From contig CAVTOA010000003.1 of NCBI GenBank assembly GCA_963736285.1, positions 153,644 through 217,643 of the forward strand: a DNA stretch of 64,000 nt, written 5' to 3'. Below are positions 27,216-38,002 of the stretch, in pieces. The notes beneath the pieces are model-generated. The model did not search any database and was not told where the DNA came from. It worked only from the letters and a program-made list of their open reading frames with translations. A program made the position numbers and the translations under genes. Source of the DNA: an uncultured Acidimicrobiales bacterium. GTDB taxonomy: Bacteria > Actinomycetota > Actinomycetes > Mycobacteriales > QHCE01. Each line of letters starts with the position of its first letter. Positions within the stretch are counted from its first letter, which is position 1.

Positions 27216-28485
27216 TCACACGTCAGCGAGAAAAAGTCCCGCCCTCACTTTGGGCGTGAACCAGGTGCTCTTTCGGGGCATTTTCAGCCGCTCAAGGTTG
27301 ACGGCGATGAAGTCCTCGACGCTTACCGGCGCGATCAAAACCGCCAGCTGGGCACGCCCCTGGTCCACCTGTTCGGCAAGCCATTCTGGTGGATAGTCGC
27401 CGCCGACGAAAGTAATGCGCTTGTCTCCCGCGTCTAGCTGAAGTGCATGTTCGAATAGCACCCGCTCGACCACACTGTGATCGAGTTGCTCCACCACACT
27501 GCCCGCAACCCGCGGCAAATGCACCAGGTAGGTCTGCCCTTCCAGGTAGAGGACGATTTCCCCAGGCCTGCTGCGGTATCCGCGGCCGATCCTCCACCCG
27601 CTCAACCGAGGCCCCGGCAGCAACAAGCACCTCCAGCAAGGTCTCGGAGGTGTGCGCACCGAGCTCGCGTACCAGCCGGTGATACGGCCGAATACGCACA
27701 GACTGCGGCGTGGTGATCACGGCCAAAAATCGACGCAGACCCGCCGTCTGGGCGGCGAGGGTGCGGTGGTTACCGTCAGCGACGACGAGCTCTCCGCCGC
27801 CAGCAAGCTGAAGCAGCTGTTCACGATCAGCGCCTTCGCCCAGCAACCACACGGAGTGCCGCTGACCATGCTGATCAACATCCACTGTGGACGGATCACC
27901 GAGGCGCTGCGTGAGCTCACTAAGAAAGCTCTGCAACTGTTCGCCCTGCTGGGTTTGCAACAACAACACTGCCGACAACAGCGTGTGCAGCTCGTCGGTC
28001 AGGGCTACTCGTTCCCGCACCTTCTCCGCAAAAACGTCTTCGTTGCGAATGACAACACCCGGTTCCTCAGCGCTCGAGGAGATCTGTGTGGTATCGACAT
28101 GACAGAAGACTCCAAACGCGGGGCCTTCCGGCGTATCGATGCGGTACGGCGCCACTACGTCACTGGCTTCGGCGAACCGACCATCGGCTTGCAGCTGGTG
28201 TAGCCGCTTGACCGCGAGGGGCAAAGCCTCACCGAAGCTGTGCCGTGCTTGCACAGAAGCCGGAGCGCGATGTGGCATTTCGAGAGCCAATACCGAGTCT
28301 GGCTGAGCTTGGATCGCCGCGGTGACCTCAGTGTCAGAACTGAACTCGTCGTAGTTTTGTGCACCGGTGCCTCCGGTGGACAGCCACGCGTGCGGTATGG
28401 CATGGACCGGGGATTGAGCGGTAACAGAATGCGTCGACAGACCTTCGTGAGTAGCCATTGCCGGCAAGGCTACAAGAGGGGTCAC
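27216..28485 (-). CDS. DUF1015-family protein, apparent frameshift at a C4/G4 run (~27560-27563)
   Basis: The N-terminal 300 aa are in ORF 27292..28485 ('DGNHR'). The conserved C-terminus 'GEIVLYLEGQTYLVHL..MPRKSTWFTPKV' is in ORF 27216..27659. Confidence 0.75.
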
Positions 28486-28627
28486 CTCTCATGTAAACCT
28501 AGACACATCTGTCCCACCACGCCCCGCGGCATGCAAAACTGGCAGAGCGAGCTACAAGGCTGTGCCTGGAGCAAGCAGTTTCTGTCTTGCGGCTCAACGA
28601 CGAGATATCCATTTTTAAGGAGTTTTT

Positions 28628-31207
28628 GTGTCTGGGAGCAAGCTGACCCGCGACGAGGCAACGACTCGAGCAGCACTGCTCGAGGTAGATGCCTACGACA
28701 TTAGCCTCGATCTCACTGACGGCAACGGGGGGTCTGGCGCGGGCACGTTTCGCTCTCTGACCACGGTCACATTCCACTGTAGACAGCCGGGCGAGACCAG
28801 CTTCATCGACCTCATCGCAGCGTCGGTCGCCTCAGCGACCCTCAACGGGGTCGCACTGGATACCAGCACTCACGAACAAAACCGGCGAGTCACATTGCCG
28901 AACTTGGCAGAGCGGAACGTGCTAGAAGTCGATGCCCAGTGTCTATTCATGAACACCGGTGAGGGGCTACACCGGTTCGTGGATCCGGTGGATAACGAGG
29001 TGTATTTGTTTTCTCAGTCCGAGACACGCGATGCGCATCGCATCTACGCAAACTTCGACCAGCCCGATTTGAAAGCCACGTTCACCTACCACGTGACCGC
29101 GCCGGTCCAGTGGACAGTCGTCAGTAATTCGCCCGTCGACCGCACCGAACCCGGGCCACATGGCAGCATAATCTGGCACTTTGCCGCGACCCCTCGAATC
29201 CCCACCTATATCACCGCAGTCGTCGCGGGCAACTACCACGGAGTTCAGGACGAACACCACGGTATGCCGCTCGGCTTGTATTGCCGTCAGTCGCTGGCGC
29301 CATACCTAGAGGCCGACGACATTCTTACCGTCACCAAACAGGGGCTCGACTTTTACCAACAAAAATTCGACCGTCCCTATGCGTTTGCCAAATACGACCA
29401 ACTCTTCGTCCCCGAGTTCAATGCGGGCGCGATGGAGAACGCCGGGTGCGTCACCTTCTCCGAAGAGCTGCTCTTCCGCAGCAGGTCCACCCAATTGCGC
29501 TACGAAACTCGAGCGAACGTGGTCTTGCACGAGATGGCGCACATGTGGTTTGGCGACTTGGTGACCATGAAGTGGTGGGACGACCTATGGCTCAATGAGT
29601 CGTTCGCGGAATGGGCGGCCAGCTGGTCCTGCGTGGGCGCGACCAAGTACAACGAGGCATGGACGAGTTTCTGTACCGGTCGTAAAGCCTGGGGATACCG
29701 TCAAGACCAGCTCTCCTCTACGCACCCCATCGCCGTGGACGCTCCAGATGTGGCGGCCGCTGAAGCCAATTTCGACGGAATCACCTACGCCAAGGGCGCA
29801 TCGGTGCTCAAGCAGTTGGTTGCCTACGTCGGCGAAGAAACATTCCTGAGCGCACTCCGGCCATACTTCCGTGAGCACGCGTTCAGTAACGCGACTTTGG
29901 CCGACCTGATGACCTCGCTAGAAAACGTCTCCGGCCGCAACATGAGCGACTGGTCCCGTCTGTGGCTGCAGACCGCTGGGGTCAACACTCTCCGACCCGA
30001 ATACACAGTGGACAGCGAAGGCCGTTTTACGCGATTTGGCGTACGGCAGGAAGCGGCAGCGGACTACCCCACGCTCCGTCCACATCGGATAGCCATCGGT
30101 CTCTACGATCACGATGCCACTGGCGCTCTCGTGCGTCGTGAAAGACTCGAGGTCGATATCGCGGACGTGTTCACCCCAGTTGAGGCACTGGTCGGAGCTA
30201 AACGTCCTGCTCTCGTATTGCTCAATGACGACGACCTCACCTACGCGAAAATTCGGTTGGACGCGCACTCGATGAGCAACGTGGTGCGCGATATTGGCAG
30301 CATCGACAGTTCGCTCGCGCGAGGTCTGCTCTGGGCGGCGGCATGGGATATGACCCGGGATGGCGAGCTCGCGACCCGTGACTACCTGCACCTGACCGTC
30401 AATGGCCTGCCCACCGAAACCGTGTTGGGGGTAGTACAGACCCAACTGGCTTACGTTCTCCGCGCCCTTGAGCTCTACGCTGATCCAGCATGGACCGTCA
30501 CCGGGCTCACCGAACTGGCCGACCGCGCATGGCAGACAGCACAGGCAGCCGCAGCGGGTAGCGACCTCCAGCTGGTCTGGGTGCGGGCGTTCGCCAGTGC
30601 CGCTCGTCGCGCCGATCAACTACAAACCGTGCACGCATTGCTGAATGGCGAGTCCACATTGGATGGATTGGCTGTCGACACCGAGCTGCGTTGGCATCTG
30701 GTGAAGTCTCTGGTGGCAGCCGGAGTCATCGGGGATGCCGAGATCGACGCTGAGCTCGAGCTAGACCCGACTGATCGCGGGCAACGGCACGCTGCCACAT
30801 GCCGGGCGCTCGCACCATCGCTGGAGGCAAAAGCTGCCGCGTGGCGCGACATCACCGAAGAAACCGAGCTGCCGAACCAGACGGTACTCGCAATCCTGCG
30901 GGGATTCGGTGCGCCCGAGCATGCCGAGCTACTCGCTCAATACACCGCACCCTATTTCGCGGCCGCGTCGAAGGCCTGGCACGAACGCACCACCAAGGTC
31001 GCCGAAAACATCGCCGAGCTGCTGTATCCAGCGTGGGCCATCGATGCGGAGACAGTACGTCTGACTGATGAATACCTCACGGCTAATCCCGACCTACCCG
31101 GGCCTCTTCGCCGGCTCATGGCCGAAGGCCGCGACTCGGTCATTCGCGCGATAAACGCTCGCGCGTGTGACGCCGCTGCCGCAACGATAAACACACCGCA
31201 GGGCTAG
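28628..31207 (+). CDS. pepN: Aminopeptidase N (M1 family)
   Basis: 'GAMEN' exopeptidase motif and 'HEMAHMWFGD..WLNESFAEW' zinc site. GTG start with an AAGGAG RBS. Confidence 0.95.
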   Translation: MSGSKLTRDEATTRAALLEVDAYDISLDLTDGNGGSGAGTFRSLTTVTFHCRQPGETSFIDLIAASVASATLNGVALDTSTHEQNRRVTLPNLAERNVLEVDAQCLFMNTGEGLHRFVDPVDNEVYLFSQSETRDAHRIYANFDQPDLKATFTYHVTAPVQWTVVSNSPVDRTEPGPHGSIIWHFAATPRIPTYITAVVAGNYHGVQDEHHGMPLGLYCRQSLAPYLEADDILTVTKQGLDFYQQKFDRPYAFAKYDQLFVPEFNAGAMENAGCVTFSEELLFRSRSTQLRYETRANVVLHEMAHMWFGDLVTMKWWDDLWLNESFAEWAASWSCVGATKYNEAWTSFCTGRKAWGYRQDQLSSTHPIAVDAPDVAAAEANFDGITYAKGASVLKQLVAYVGEETFLSALRPYFREHAFSNATLADLMTSLENVSGRNMSDWSRLWLQTAGVNTLRPEYTVDSEGRFTRFGVRQEAAADYPTLRPHRIAIGLYDHDATGALVRRERLEVDIADVFTPVEALVGAKRPALVLLNDDDLTYAKIRLDAHSMSNVVRDIGSIDSSLARGLLWAAAWDMTRDGELATRDYLHLTVNGLPTETVLGVVQTQLAYVLRALELYADPAWTVTGLTELADRAWQTAQAAAAGSDLQLVWVRAFASAARRADQLQTVHALLNGESTLDGLAVDTELRWHLVKSLVAAGVIGDAEIDAELELDPTDRGQRHAATCRALAPSLEAKAAAWRDITEETELPNQTVLAILRGFGAPEHAELLAQYTAPYFAAASKAWHERTTKVAENIAELLYPAWAIDAETVRLTDEYLTANPDLPGPLRRLMAEGRDSVIRAINARACDAAAATINTPQG

Positions 31208-31222
31208 CGGAGCCAACTGCCG

Positions 31223-31265
31223 ATCGGTGAGACCTCCACTGTGGACACACAGAGATCTCACCGAT
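31223..31265 (+). terminator. Hairpin 16 nt after the pepN stop
   Basis: ATCGGTGAGA (31223-31232) / TCTCACCGAT (31256-31265), 23-nt loop, no U-tract. Confidence 0.4.
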
Positions 31266-31355
31266 GGCGGCAGTACTAAGCAATTCCCAAACTGAGAACT
31301 CACGCGGACTGGGTTCGTCCAGGCCAGACGCCCGAGCCCGGACCTTATGGGAGCC

Positions 31356-31745
31356 CTAAGCGTGTGCTTGGTCGGCGAGCATGCGCAGGCCCGTAATCAC
31401 ACCGCCTGCTAGATCGCCGCCACTAAAGGCAGAGGTCATCGACAGCGCCACCAGCGCACATTGCTGATCAGTGAGTCGTTGCCCACTGTTTTTTCCGGTC
31501 ACGATCTCCAGCACCCGTTGATTGGGTGAGATCGCCAATAACACAGACTCTGACGGGTCGGCGAGCTGGTCATGCAACTGCTCGGCGTGCAGCCGCACGG
31601 GTTCGGCGAGCTCACCCACATACACGCTGAACGTGAGTCCAGTCTCGTGGTTTGCTGCCGTGAGCACTTCGCTGACACCTTCGAGCGCCCGTGGCGAGAA
31701 TGGTCCATTTAGGACCGGTGGCGGGGTGGCTTCACCACTTAGCAC
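31356..31745 (-). CDS. DUF5130-family protein (Rv2468c-like)
   Basis: 'TFSVYVGEL', 'VLLAISPNQRVLEIVTG' and 'GGDLAGGVITGLRMLA', in the conserved position next to pepN. Confidence 0.6.
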   Translation of the reverse strand: MLSGEATPPPVLNGPFSPRALEGVSEVLTAANHETGLTFSVYVGELAEPVRLHAEQLHDQLADPSESVLLAISPNQRVLEIVTGKNSGQRLTDQQCALVALSMTSAFSGGDLAGGVITGLRMLADQAHA

Positions 31746-32049
31746 GTGCGCCTCCCTTTACTCCATCGTGCATCTCATTCCCTGTGTCGCTCGCGCTGAG
31801 CTCGCGGTCGCCTCGGGTTCCGAGGGGATAGTCACCTCGAGTGAGCCGCGGCACAGCATTGTGTTCAGCGGTCTCTCGCGGCTCGTTCACGGCGGCAAGA
31901 AACCATACTGGCGCAAACGAGTACGGAATTCCGGGACGGTACCGGCGTCTGTTGCGGCGGCCGCTTAGCCCGTAGATAAGTAGCGTGAACACAGCAATTA
32001 CACCGAGCGGTATACCAACAAACACCGCGGTGGTCTCAACAATGGTCAT
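31732..32049 (-). CDS. Small membrane protein (hypothetical)
   Basis: ATG 32049 gives 'MTIVETTAVFVGIPLGVIAVFTLLIYGL' (one TM helix) followed by a basic stretch. The ORF-track N-terminal extension was trimmed. Confidence 0.4.
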   Translation of the reverse strand: MTIVETTAVFVGIPLGVIAVFTLLIYGLSGRRNRRRYRPGIPYSFAPVWFLAAVNEPRETAEHNAVPRLTRGDYPLGTRGDRELSASDTGNEMHDGVKGGARAKW

Positions 32050-32123
32050 GACGTCATCCTGACAGGTGCGCTCGTCGTCGAAATCGACAAGGCGTAGACA
32101 TTCTTGCTTACCGTAGCGGAGGC

Positions 32124-33743
32124 CTAGCCACGCTGCGACGACAGTGCGCGAACCAGGTCCACAAGCCCGCCCAGTGCCAACGGCGTGCGGGACAAGAACG
32201 CGGCGCCACACAGGGCCATAAACGTGCCTGTGGTGAGATTTTGAATGAGCGTGCTACGCCTGGGGCCCAACTCGAAGGTGCTACGCAGTAAGTAGCCCGC
32301 CAGACGCGTCAACCACCACACGCCCAGCGCCGCCGCCGCCGCAATGCCCACTCCCCACATAGGATCGCCCAGGCTGTAGCGGCTAAAAACGGCCGTTCCC
32401 AACCAGACAGCCCAGCACAGGCCGAGCCACAGACCCATCAGCACGCTGAAGCCACGACCTCGCGATGCCACCCGAGCACCGCTGAAAAATTCTTCGTAGA
32501 AGGGCGAATGCTGTCTTTGCCGCCCTTCTGAATAAGGGTGGTCCCGTCTCGATGAGGCTCCGCCGGAAGCCAACAAGGACGCATCGTCGCCCAGATTGTC
32601 AGCTCTGTTACGCACTGACGCGCTGCCAGAAAAATTGCTGGGACGCAGTACCGGCATGACGCTGGTACTGCCTGGATGTGGCGTCGGCGGGTTCGCTGGT
32701 GCTTGGTGTGGTGCTTGGCGTGTTTCCGCTACGGGACCGCGATGTGGTGGATCACCCCAGTAAGTGAGCCGAATCTGTTCCGGAAAACCGCGCACCAACT
32801 CAACCAACCGACCTACCCAGCTGTGGAGCTCATCAGCCCGAGGGCGATCTCCCGGGCGGTCGGCCAACGGGGCGAGTAAGTGCGACGCCAGTGCGGGCGA
32901 AGAGTCGAGCAACGGGTGTCGTCGGATCTCGGTGAATGACGATATTTCCCTGCCATCGGGGACAGCGCCGGCCCGCTCCTGGCGCGGATGCCACCCCGTC
33001 ACGAGGTAGTAGGCCACGGAACCAAAGCCGTGTATGTCGTAGGGCAGGCCGACAGAGGCAGCTCCTTGATGCGCTTCTGGCCCGCCAGAAGATGGCGAAT
33101 AGGCGACCGTCGTCAAGTGAGCGTTGTCGTGATAGCGCGACGCCGTGAAGTCGATCAGACACGCTTGGCCGTTCGGAAGTATGAGCACATTGGACGGTTT
33201 GACATCCATGTGCACCACCGGAGTGGCACCATCTACCGGTTGGTGCAGCTGACGAAGTGTCTCCGCGAGGCCCGCCAGAATGATCGTTCCGTCAGCGTTG
33301 CTCGGTGCCCCACCTGAGGCCACCCGGTCGTCCCGGAGCCTTTCGATGACCGTCTTACCCGGCACATAACTGAGCACCTGGTACGGGATCGCCGACGTTG
33401 CCGCACCGAGGGGCTGATCTGGCCTACGGGGTGGCACCCCCGAAAATCCATCTATGCGCTGACAGATCCCCGGTATGCCACGGCTGTTGAGATCCATCAA
33501 CACCGCGTCGCCTTTGTCCCATGCGACAAGCTGTTCGACGAGTGGGTGGTGCGGGTCATGCCGAAAAATTTTGACGGACACCGATGCCGAACGGACGCCA
33601 TGCGACAGCCGGACACCGCGATAAACCTCGGCCTGCCCGCCTGTTCCCACATGCTCAAGCAAGCGATACCGCTGCTGGCTATCGGGCAGCGGGCTTTCTG
33701 GCCCACAGACCAAATCAAGCACCTTTAGTGGTCCTTCCGACAT
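32124..33743 (-). CDS. Membrane-associated Ser/Thr protein kinase with atypical catalytic motifs
   Basis: 'VGTGGQAEVYRG', 'VSVKIF', catalytic loop 'HMDVKPSNVLI' (non-RD) and 'IDFTASR' (DFT instead of DFG). The C-terminal ~140 aa contains several hydrophobic helices. Start trimmed to ATG 33743. Confidence 0.8.
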   Translation of the reverse strand: MSEGPLKVLDLVCGPESPLPDSQQRYRLLEHVGTGGQAEVYRGVRLSHGVRSASVSVKIFRHDPHHPLVEQLVAWDKGDAVLMDLNSRGIPGICQRIDGFSGVPPRRPDQPLGAATSAIPYQVLSYVPGKTVIERLRDDRVASGGAPSNADGTIILAGLAETLRQLHQPVDGATPVVHMDVKPSNVLILPNGQACLIDFTASRYHDNAHLTTVAYSPSSGGPEAHQGAASVGLPYDIHGFGSVAYYLVTGWHPRQERAGAVPDGREISSFTEIRRHPLLDSSPALASHLLAPLADRPGDRPRADELHSWVGRLVELVRGFPEQIRLTYWGDPPHRGPVAETRQAPHQAPANPPTPHPGSTSVMPVLRPSNFSGSASVRNRADNLGDDASLLASGGASSRRDHPYSEGRQRQHSPFYEEFFSGARVASRGRGFSVLMGLWLGLCWAVWLGTAVFSRYSLGDPMWGVGIAAAAALGVWWLTRLAGYLLRSTFELGPRRSTLIQNLTTGTFMALCGAAFLSRTPLALGGLVDLVRALSSQRG

Positions 33744-33780
33744 TGTCTGAGATTGCCCGCCGATCGAGTGCCTCAACCCA

Positions 33781-34713
33781 TCACCATCTGACCGCGTGAC
33801 AAGCATTTGCCATGGTGGGCTCCACCTGCAAGGTAGCGTGCTGGATCCCGAACTCGTCTTGCAGCAGCGCACGTGCATGTCCGAGTACCCGCGGGATATC
33901 CGTCCCCGGATCGACGCCGAGGTGGACCGTAGCAACCTCCATGCCAGAGGTCAGTGTCCATACATGCAAGTCATGAACGTCTTGAACATGATCCAACCGC
34001 GCTAAGCGTGCACTGATAGCAGTGACATCGAGGTGACCGGGTGCGGCCTGCACCAGTACCCGAAGCGCGTGCCACACGACCATGGCGGCGCGCGGTGCCA
34101 TAAACCCCGCGAGGAGCAACGCGAGAACCGGGTCGATCCAGTGTGCACTAGTGAAGGTCACCACCACACCGGCGATCAGGACCGCCATGGACCCCAACGC
34201 GTCAGCTAGCACTTCCGTCGCGGCGGACCGCACCGCAAGACTCGTGCGCGATCCGGCGCGGAGCAAGCCAAAACTGACCGCATTGACGATGAAGCCGACG
34301 ATCGCCACCGCAATCATCGGCGGCCCTGGCACAGATACTGGGTTATCGAAACGCTTACATGCCTCGATGGCCACATATATCGCCACGCCACAGAGCAGCA
34401 GGCCATTTGCCAACGCCGCCAAGGTCTCAAGCCGATATAGCCCGTAGGTGCGACGCGCCGTTGCCGCCGAGCCAGCCGCCACTGTTACCGCGAGGGTGGC
34501 CAACACCAGCGCGATCAGATCGGTCGCCATGTGACCAGCGTCAGAAAGAACCGTCAATGCTCTGGTGTGGACAGCAACGACCACTTCAACCACGAGAAAC
34601 ATCGCTGTAAGTATCGAAACGATGACGAGCCGGCCCCGGTGCTCGTCGGCAGCACTCAACCCGTGAGTGTGTTGATGTCCGTGTTGCTCGATCACGTCTA
34701 CAACGGTAGCCAA
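33781..34713 (-). CDS. Cation diffusion facilitator family metal efflux transporter
   Basis: His-rich N-terminus 'EQHGHQHTHG', TM2 'SDAGHMATD' (HxxxD) and a C-terminal cytoplasmic domain. TTG start. Confidence 0.88.
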   Translation of the reverse strand: MATVVDVIEQHGHQHTHGLSAADEHRGRLVIVSILTAMFLVVEVVVAVHTRALTVLSDAGHMATDLIALVLATLAVTVAAGSAATARRTYGLYRLETLAALANGLLLCGVAIYVAIEACKRFDNPVSVPGPPMIAVAIVGFIVNAVSFGLLRAGSRTSLAVRSAATEVLADALGSMAVLIAGVVVTFTSAHWIDPVLALLLAGFMAPRAAMVVWHALRVLVQAAPGHLDVTAISARLARLDHVQDVHDLHVWTLTSGMEVATVHLGVDPGTDIPRVLGHARALLQDEFGIQHATLQVEPTMANACHAVRW

Positions 34714-34738
34714 ATAGCTCAGTGGCGCGCGTCCGGGA

Positions 34739-35383
34739 CTAGGCGGTGACAGCCTGTTTCGCGGGGGGACGAGACACGGGGTGCGCGAGATCGAGCCAGT
34801 CTAACCACCGAGGATCTGGACGGCGATGGCCAAGGATTCGCCAGACCGCACCCATAGGAGCAATGGGTTGTTGACGTAGGTGCCAGCCAAGCTCGGCGAG
34901 TGTGTGATCGGCCTTTGTGTGGTTGCACCGCGTGCAGGCAGCCACCACGTTGTTCCACACGTGTCGCCCGCCACGGCTGCGCGGAATCACATGGTCAACC
35001 GTTGTGGCCGGAGTATCGCAGTACACGCACCGACCTCGGTCCCTGGCGAAGATCGCTCGGCGAGTTAGGGTGACGCTCCCCCGGAACGGCACGCGCACAT
35101 ACCGCGTCAAACGCACCACGACCGGCGAGGGCACCGATCGCGACACGCTATGCAGGACCGTCTCGCTCGCCGTCACGAGGACCGCCTTTTCGGTCAACAC
35201 CAAGACCGCCGCGCGGCGGGCTGAAATCACACACAACGGTTCGTAGGTAGCATTTAGCACCAACGCCGCGCTCGATATGCGTGCCGTTGGTGCCGATACG
35301 GGTAGCCCCGATGGGCGCTGCGTGGCTCTCACCGCATCACCTCCGGACCTATCTTTACGCACGTCGCGGGCGATCGCACGCAC
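34739..35383 (-). CDS. HNH endonuclease (Rv2469c-like)
   Basis: 'CVYCD..VDHVIPRSRGGRHVWNNVVAACTRCNHTK'. The start codon is uncertain. Confidence 0.8.
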   Translation of the reverse strand: MRAIARDVRKDRSGGDAVRATQRPSGLPVSAPTARISSAALVLNATYEPLCVISARRAAVLVLTEKAVLVTASETVLHSVSRSVPSPVVVRLTRYVRVPFRGSVTLTRRAIFARDRGRCVYCDTPATTVDHVIPRSRGGRHVWNNVVAACTRCNHTKADHTLAELGWHLRQQPIAPMGAVWRILGHRRPDPRWLDWLDLAHPVSRPPAKQAVTA

Positions 35384-35476
35384 GTTGGCGCTACCGACAC
35401 CGAGGTTGGCGCCATCGGATGCGTCTTACAGATACGCCGTCAAAGCACGGGCGCTCGCGGATTAGGCTCTTACACC

Positions 35477-36508
35477 GTGAACTCCCTCTCCTATGTCGTC
35501 AGCAATCTCGCCGATGGCGCGGCGCCAGCCAAACCAGAATGCGCCGACGATGGCACGACTTTGTGCGCGATGGTGTGGAACGTCACGCACAAGACCTGGC
35601 TTGCGAACAGCTCGGACCTGCTGATCGCCAAGCCGCTGACGATTCTGACCATCATCGTGGGGGCGCTCATTGTTCGGTGGTTAGTGCATCGCGGCATCAC
35701 CAGGCTCACCCGCAAAACCACGCAAGCAAGCGTGCCCACCATCTTGCGACCGCTAAAGGAGCGAGTCCCCTCCTCACCCACGGCCAACGGATTACTGTCA
35801 GAGCGCCGCCGGCAACGCGCGGAGACCATCGCATCCGTGCTCCGCAGCGTTAGCTCAGTGATCATCGTCGCGACGGTGGTGATGCTGATCGCGGATCAAC
35901 TTGGGATCGGTCTCGGTCCCCTGTTGACGAGCGCGGGGATAGCCGGCGTGGCTATCGGCTTCGGTGCGCAAACACTGGTCAAGGACTATCTGGCTGGCAT
36001 CTTCATGGTGTTAGAAGACCAATACGGTGTCGGTGACGCGGTCGATTTAGGCGACGCGTCTGGATCGGTGGAAGCCATCGGATTACGTGTCACCACAATC
36101 CGGGACGTGCGAGGCGTGGTGTGGTACGTCCGCAATGGCGAGGTCGTCCGCGTGGGCAACCTGAGCCAAGGGTGGGCTCGCGCGGTAGTAGATATTCCAG
36201 TGCCATTTGGGACAGACGTAGAGCGGGCCAACGAGGTCATCGCACAAGCGGCCCAAGCCTTGGCAGCAGACGAGGAATGGCACACCGATCTCCTGGAAGA
36301 ACCAGAGGTGCTGGGAGTCAATCAGCTCAGCAGCGTCGGCATGATGTTGCGGGTCATGGTAAAGACCACCAGCTCAGCTCAATGGAAGGTGGCCCGTGAG
36401 CTGCGGGCTCACATCACCGCGGCGCTCTCGGAGGCAGGCATTTCGTCCGGGTGGCCGGTGGATACGAGCACCGCACCTCAGGATCAGGCTAAAAACAAGG
36501 CTATCTAA
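35477..36508 (+). CDS. Mechanosensitive ion channel (MscS family)
   Basis: TM helices followed by 'VKDYLAGIFMVLEDQYGVGDAVDLG..GSVEAIGLRVTTIRD'. Confidence 0.85.
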   Translation: MNSLSYVVSNLADGAAPAKPECADDGTTLCAMVWNVTHKTWLANSSDLLIAKPLTILTIIVGALIVRWLVHRGITRLTRKTTQASVPTILRPLKERVPSSPTANGLLSERRRQRAETIASVLRSVSSVIIVATVVMLIADQLGIGLGPLLTSAGIAGVAIGFGAQTLVKDYLAGIFMVLEDQYGVGDAVDLGDASGSVEAIGLRVTTIRDVRGVVWYVRNGEVVRVGNLSQGWARAVVDIPVPFGTDVERANEVIAQAAQALAADEEWHTDLLEEPEVLGVNQLSSVGMMLRVMVKTTSSAQWKVARELRAHITAALSEAGISSGWPVDTSTAPQDQAKNKAI

Positions 36509-36680
36509 GTACCAAATGTGGCTAATTAAGTCGAGAAATGCCTTAATTTGGCACATTGCCGGCCGCAACCCCTGTCAGCTCCCCGGCTAGCCGAGCACAC
36601 TAGAAAGTGCCCTGGCATGGGAGAAGAACACTATCTGGCTCACACCAATAGGTCCCACACCGATAGGTAAGGAGCCCCGC

Positions 36681-37943
36681 GTGACCTCCGTTATCGACCG
36701 CCCGGCGACCTACCGGGAACTGTTTGCGGTCGGCGAGTTCCGCACTCTGTTTATCGCCCAGATGCTGTCCGCGGCCGGAGACATGCTCGCCAAAGTCGCG
36801 ATCTCCATCTTGGTCTTTGAACGCACTCAATCGGCATTGCTCGCTGCCGCCGCCTTCGCCATCAGCTACCTACCCAGTGTCCTAGGTGGACCGTTCCTCG
36901 CGACTATCGCCGACCGGCTGCCCTGGCGTCACACAATGGTGGGCTCTGACCTGCTCAGAGCTGCCCTGGTGGTGTTTGTCGCGCTGCCCGGCACCCCGTT
37001 GTGGGGCATGCTGTCGCTGCTTTTCGTGGTCGCCCTTCTTACTAGCCCCTTCGACGCGGCCCGCATCTCGATGCTTCCTCACATTCTGGTGGGAGAGGAC
37101 TATGTTCTTGGATCCGCGGCTCTCAACGTCTCGCACCAGATGAGCCAAATCGTGGGCTTTGCGGCCGGGGGGCTCATCGTCTCGTTCATCTCGCCCCATG
37201 GCGCGCTGTTCATCGACGCCGCAACATTTGCGGTCTCCGCCGCACTCTTGCACCGCTACCTCCGGCTGCGCCCATCACCGCTTCGGCCCGAGCAGCGGTC
37301 AACGTTGCGTCGCGATACCGCTGAAGGGTTTCGCCTTATCTATCGACACGACATCACCCGGATGCTCGTGCTCTTCGCCTGGTGTGTCTCTGCGTTTGGA
37401 TTCGCTCACGAAGGTCTCGCAGTACCCCTGGCGCACGAACTCGGCGGTGACGCGATCACTGTCGGACTCATTCTCGCGGTTAATCCCCTGGGTGTAGTTC
37501 TTGGCGGCACAGTATTTACTCGCATGATCGGACGACAACGACGATTGCGCCTGCTGCCACCGCTTGCCTTTGTGGCCTGCGGGGCGCTGGTTTTGGTGGC
37601 GCTACCAGTACCACTGTGGACAGTCCTGGTGCTGTTTTTCATCAGTGGACTAGGAATGTCGTTTATTCTTCCGCTCAATGCCCTCTTCAACCGGGTGGTG
37701 CCCTCGGCTTATCGGGGTCGCGCTGCTGGCGTCGTTCTCTCGGGCCTAATGGCAGGTCAGGGTTTGGCGATTGTCGCCGCGGGTTGGAGCGCGGACCACA
37801 TGTCCGCACGTGCCGTGGTGGGCATAGCGGGCGTTCTCGGAATTATCGCGACCGCGCTGCTCACGCACCACTGGCCCAATAACCGGCGTCTTACGCGTCC
37901 CATCGAGGAGCCACAGCGAGAAGCGACACCGCAAATCGCGTAA
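36681..37943 (+). CDS. MFS transporter
   Basis: 12 predicted TM segments, '[17 protein letters not shown]', GTG start with an AAGGAG RBS. Confidence 0.8.
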   Translation: MTSVIDRPATYRELFAVGEFRTLFIAQMLSAAGDMLAKVAISILVFERTQSALLAAAAFAISYLPSVLGGPFLATIADRLPWRHTMVGSDLLRAALVVFVALPGTPLWGMLSLLFVVALLTSPFDAARISMLPHILVGEDYVLGSAALNVSHQMSQIVGFAAGGLIVSFISPHGALFIDAATFAVSAALLHRYLRLRPSPLRPEQRSTLRRDTAEGFRLIYRHDITRMLVLFAWCVSAFGFAHEGLAVPLAHELGGDAITVGLILAVNPLGVVLGGTVFTRMIGRQRRLRLLPPLAFVACGALVLVALPVPLWTVLVLFFISGLGMSFILPLNALFNRVVPSAYRGRAAGVVLSGLMAGQGLAIVAAGWSADHMSARAVVGIAGVLGIIATALLTHHWPNNRRLTRPIEEPQREATPQIA

Positions 37944-38002
37944 TGGATTGGGCGATTTCAGTCCTGCGACCGCCTCGCGGGCAACGCCATGGAGCTGGCA
38001 GG

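Noticed and set aside
33744-33935. N-terminal extensions given by the ORF track for the kinase, ettA (41869-41958), the sigma factor (54556-54831), the MDR dehydrogenase (56615-56716), rne (5409-5744), clpP2 (18428-18499) and glbO (37943-38002).
   Set aside because: The extensions overlap neighbouring genes or lack protein-like sequence. Internal ATG codons preceded by GGAG/AAGGAG-type RBS align with the conserved N-termini of the families.
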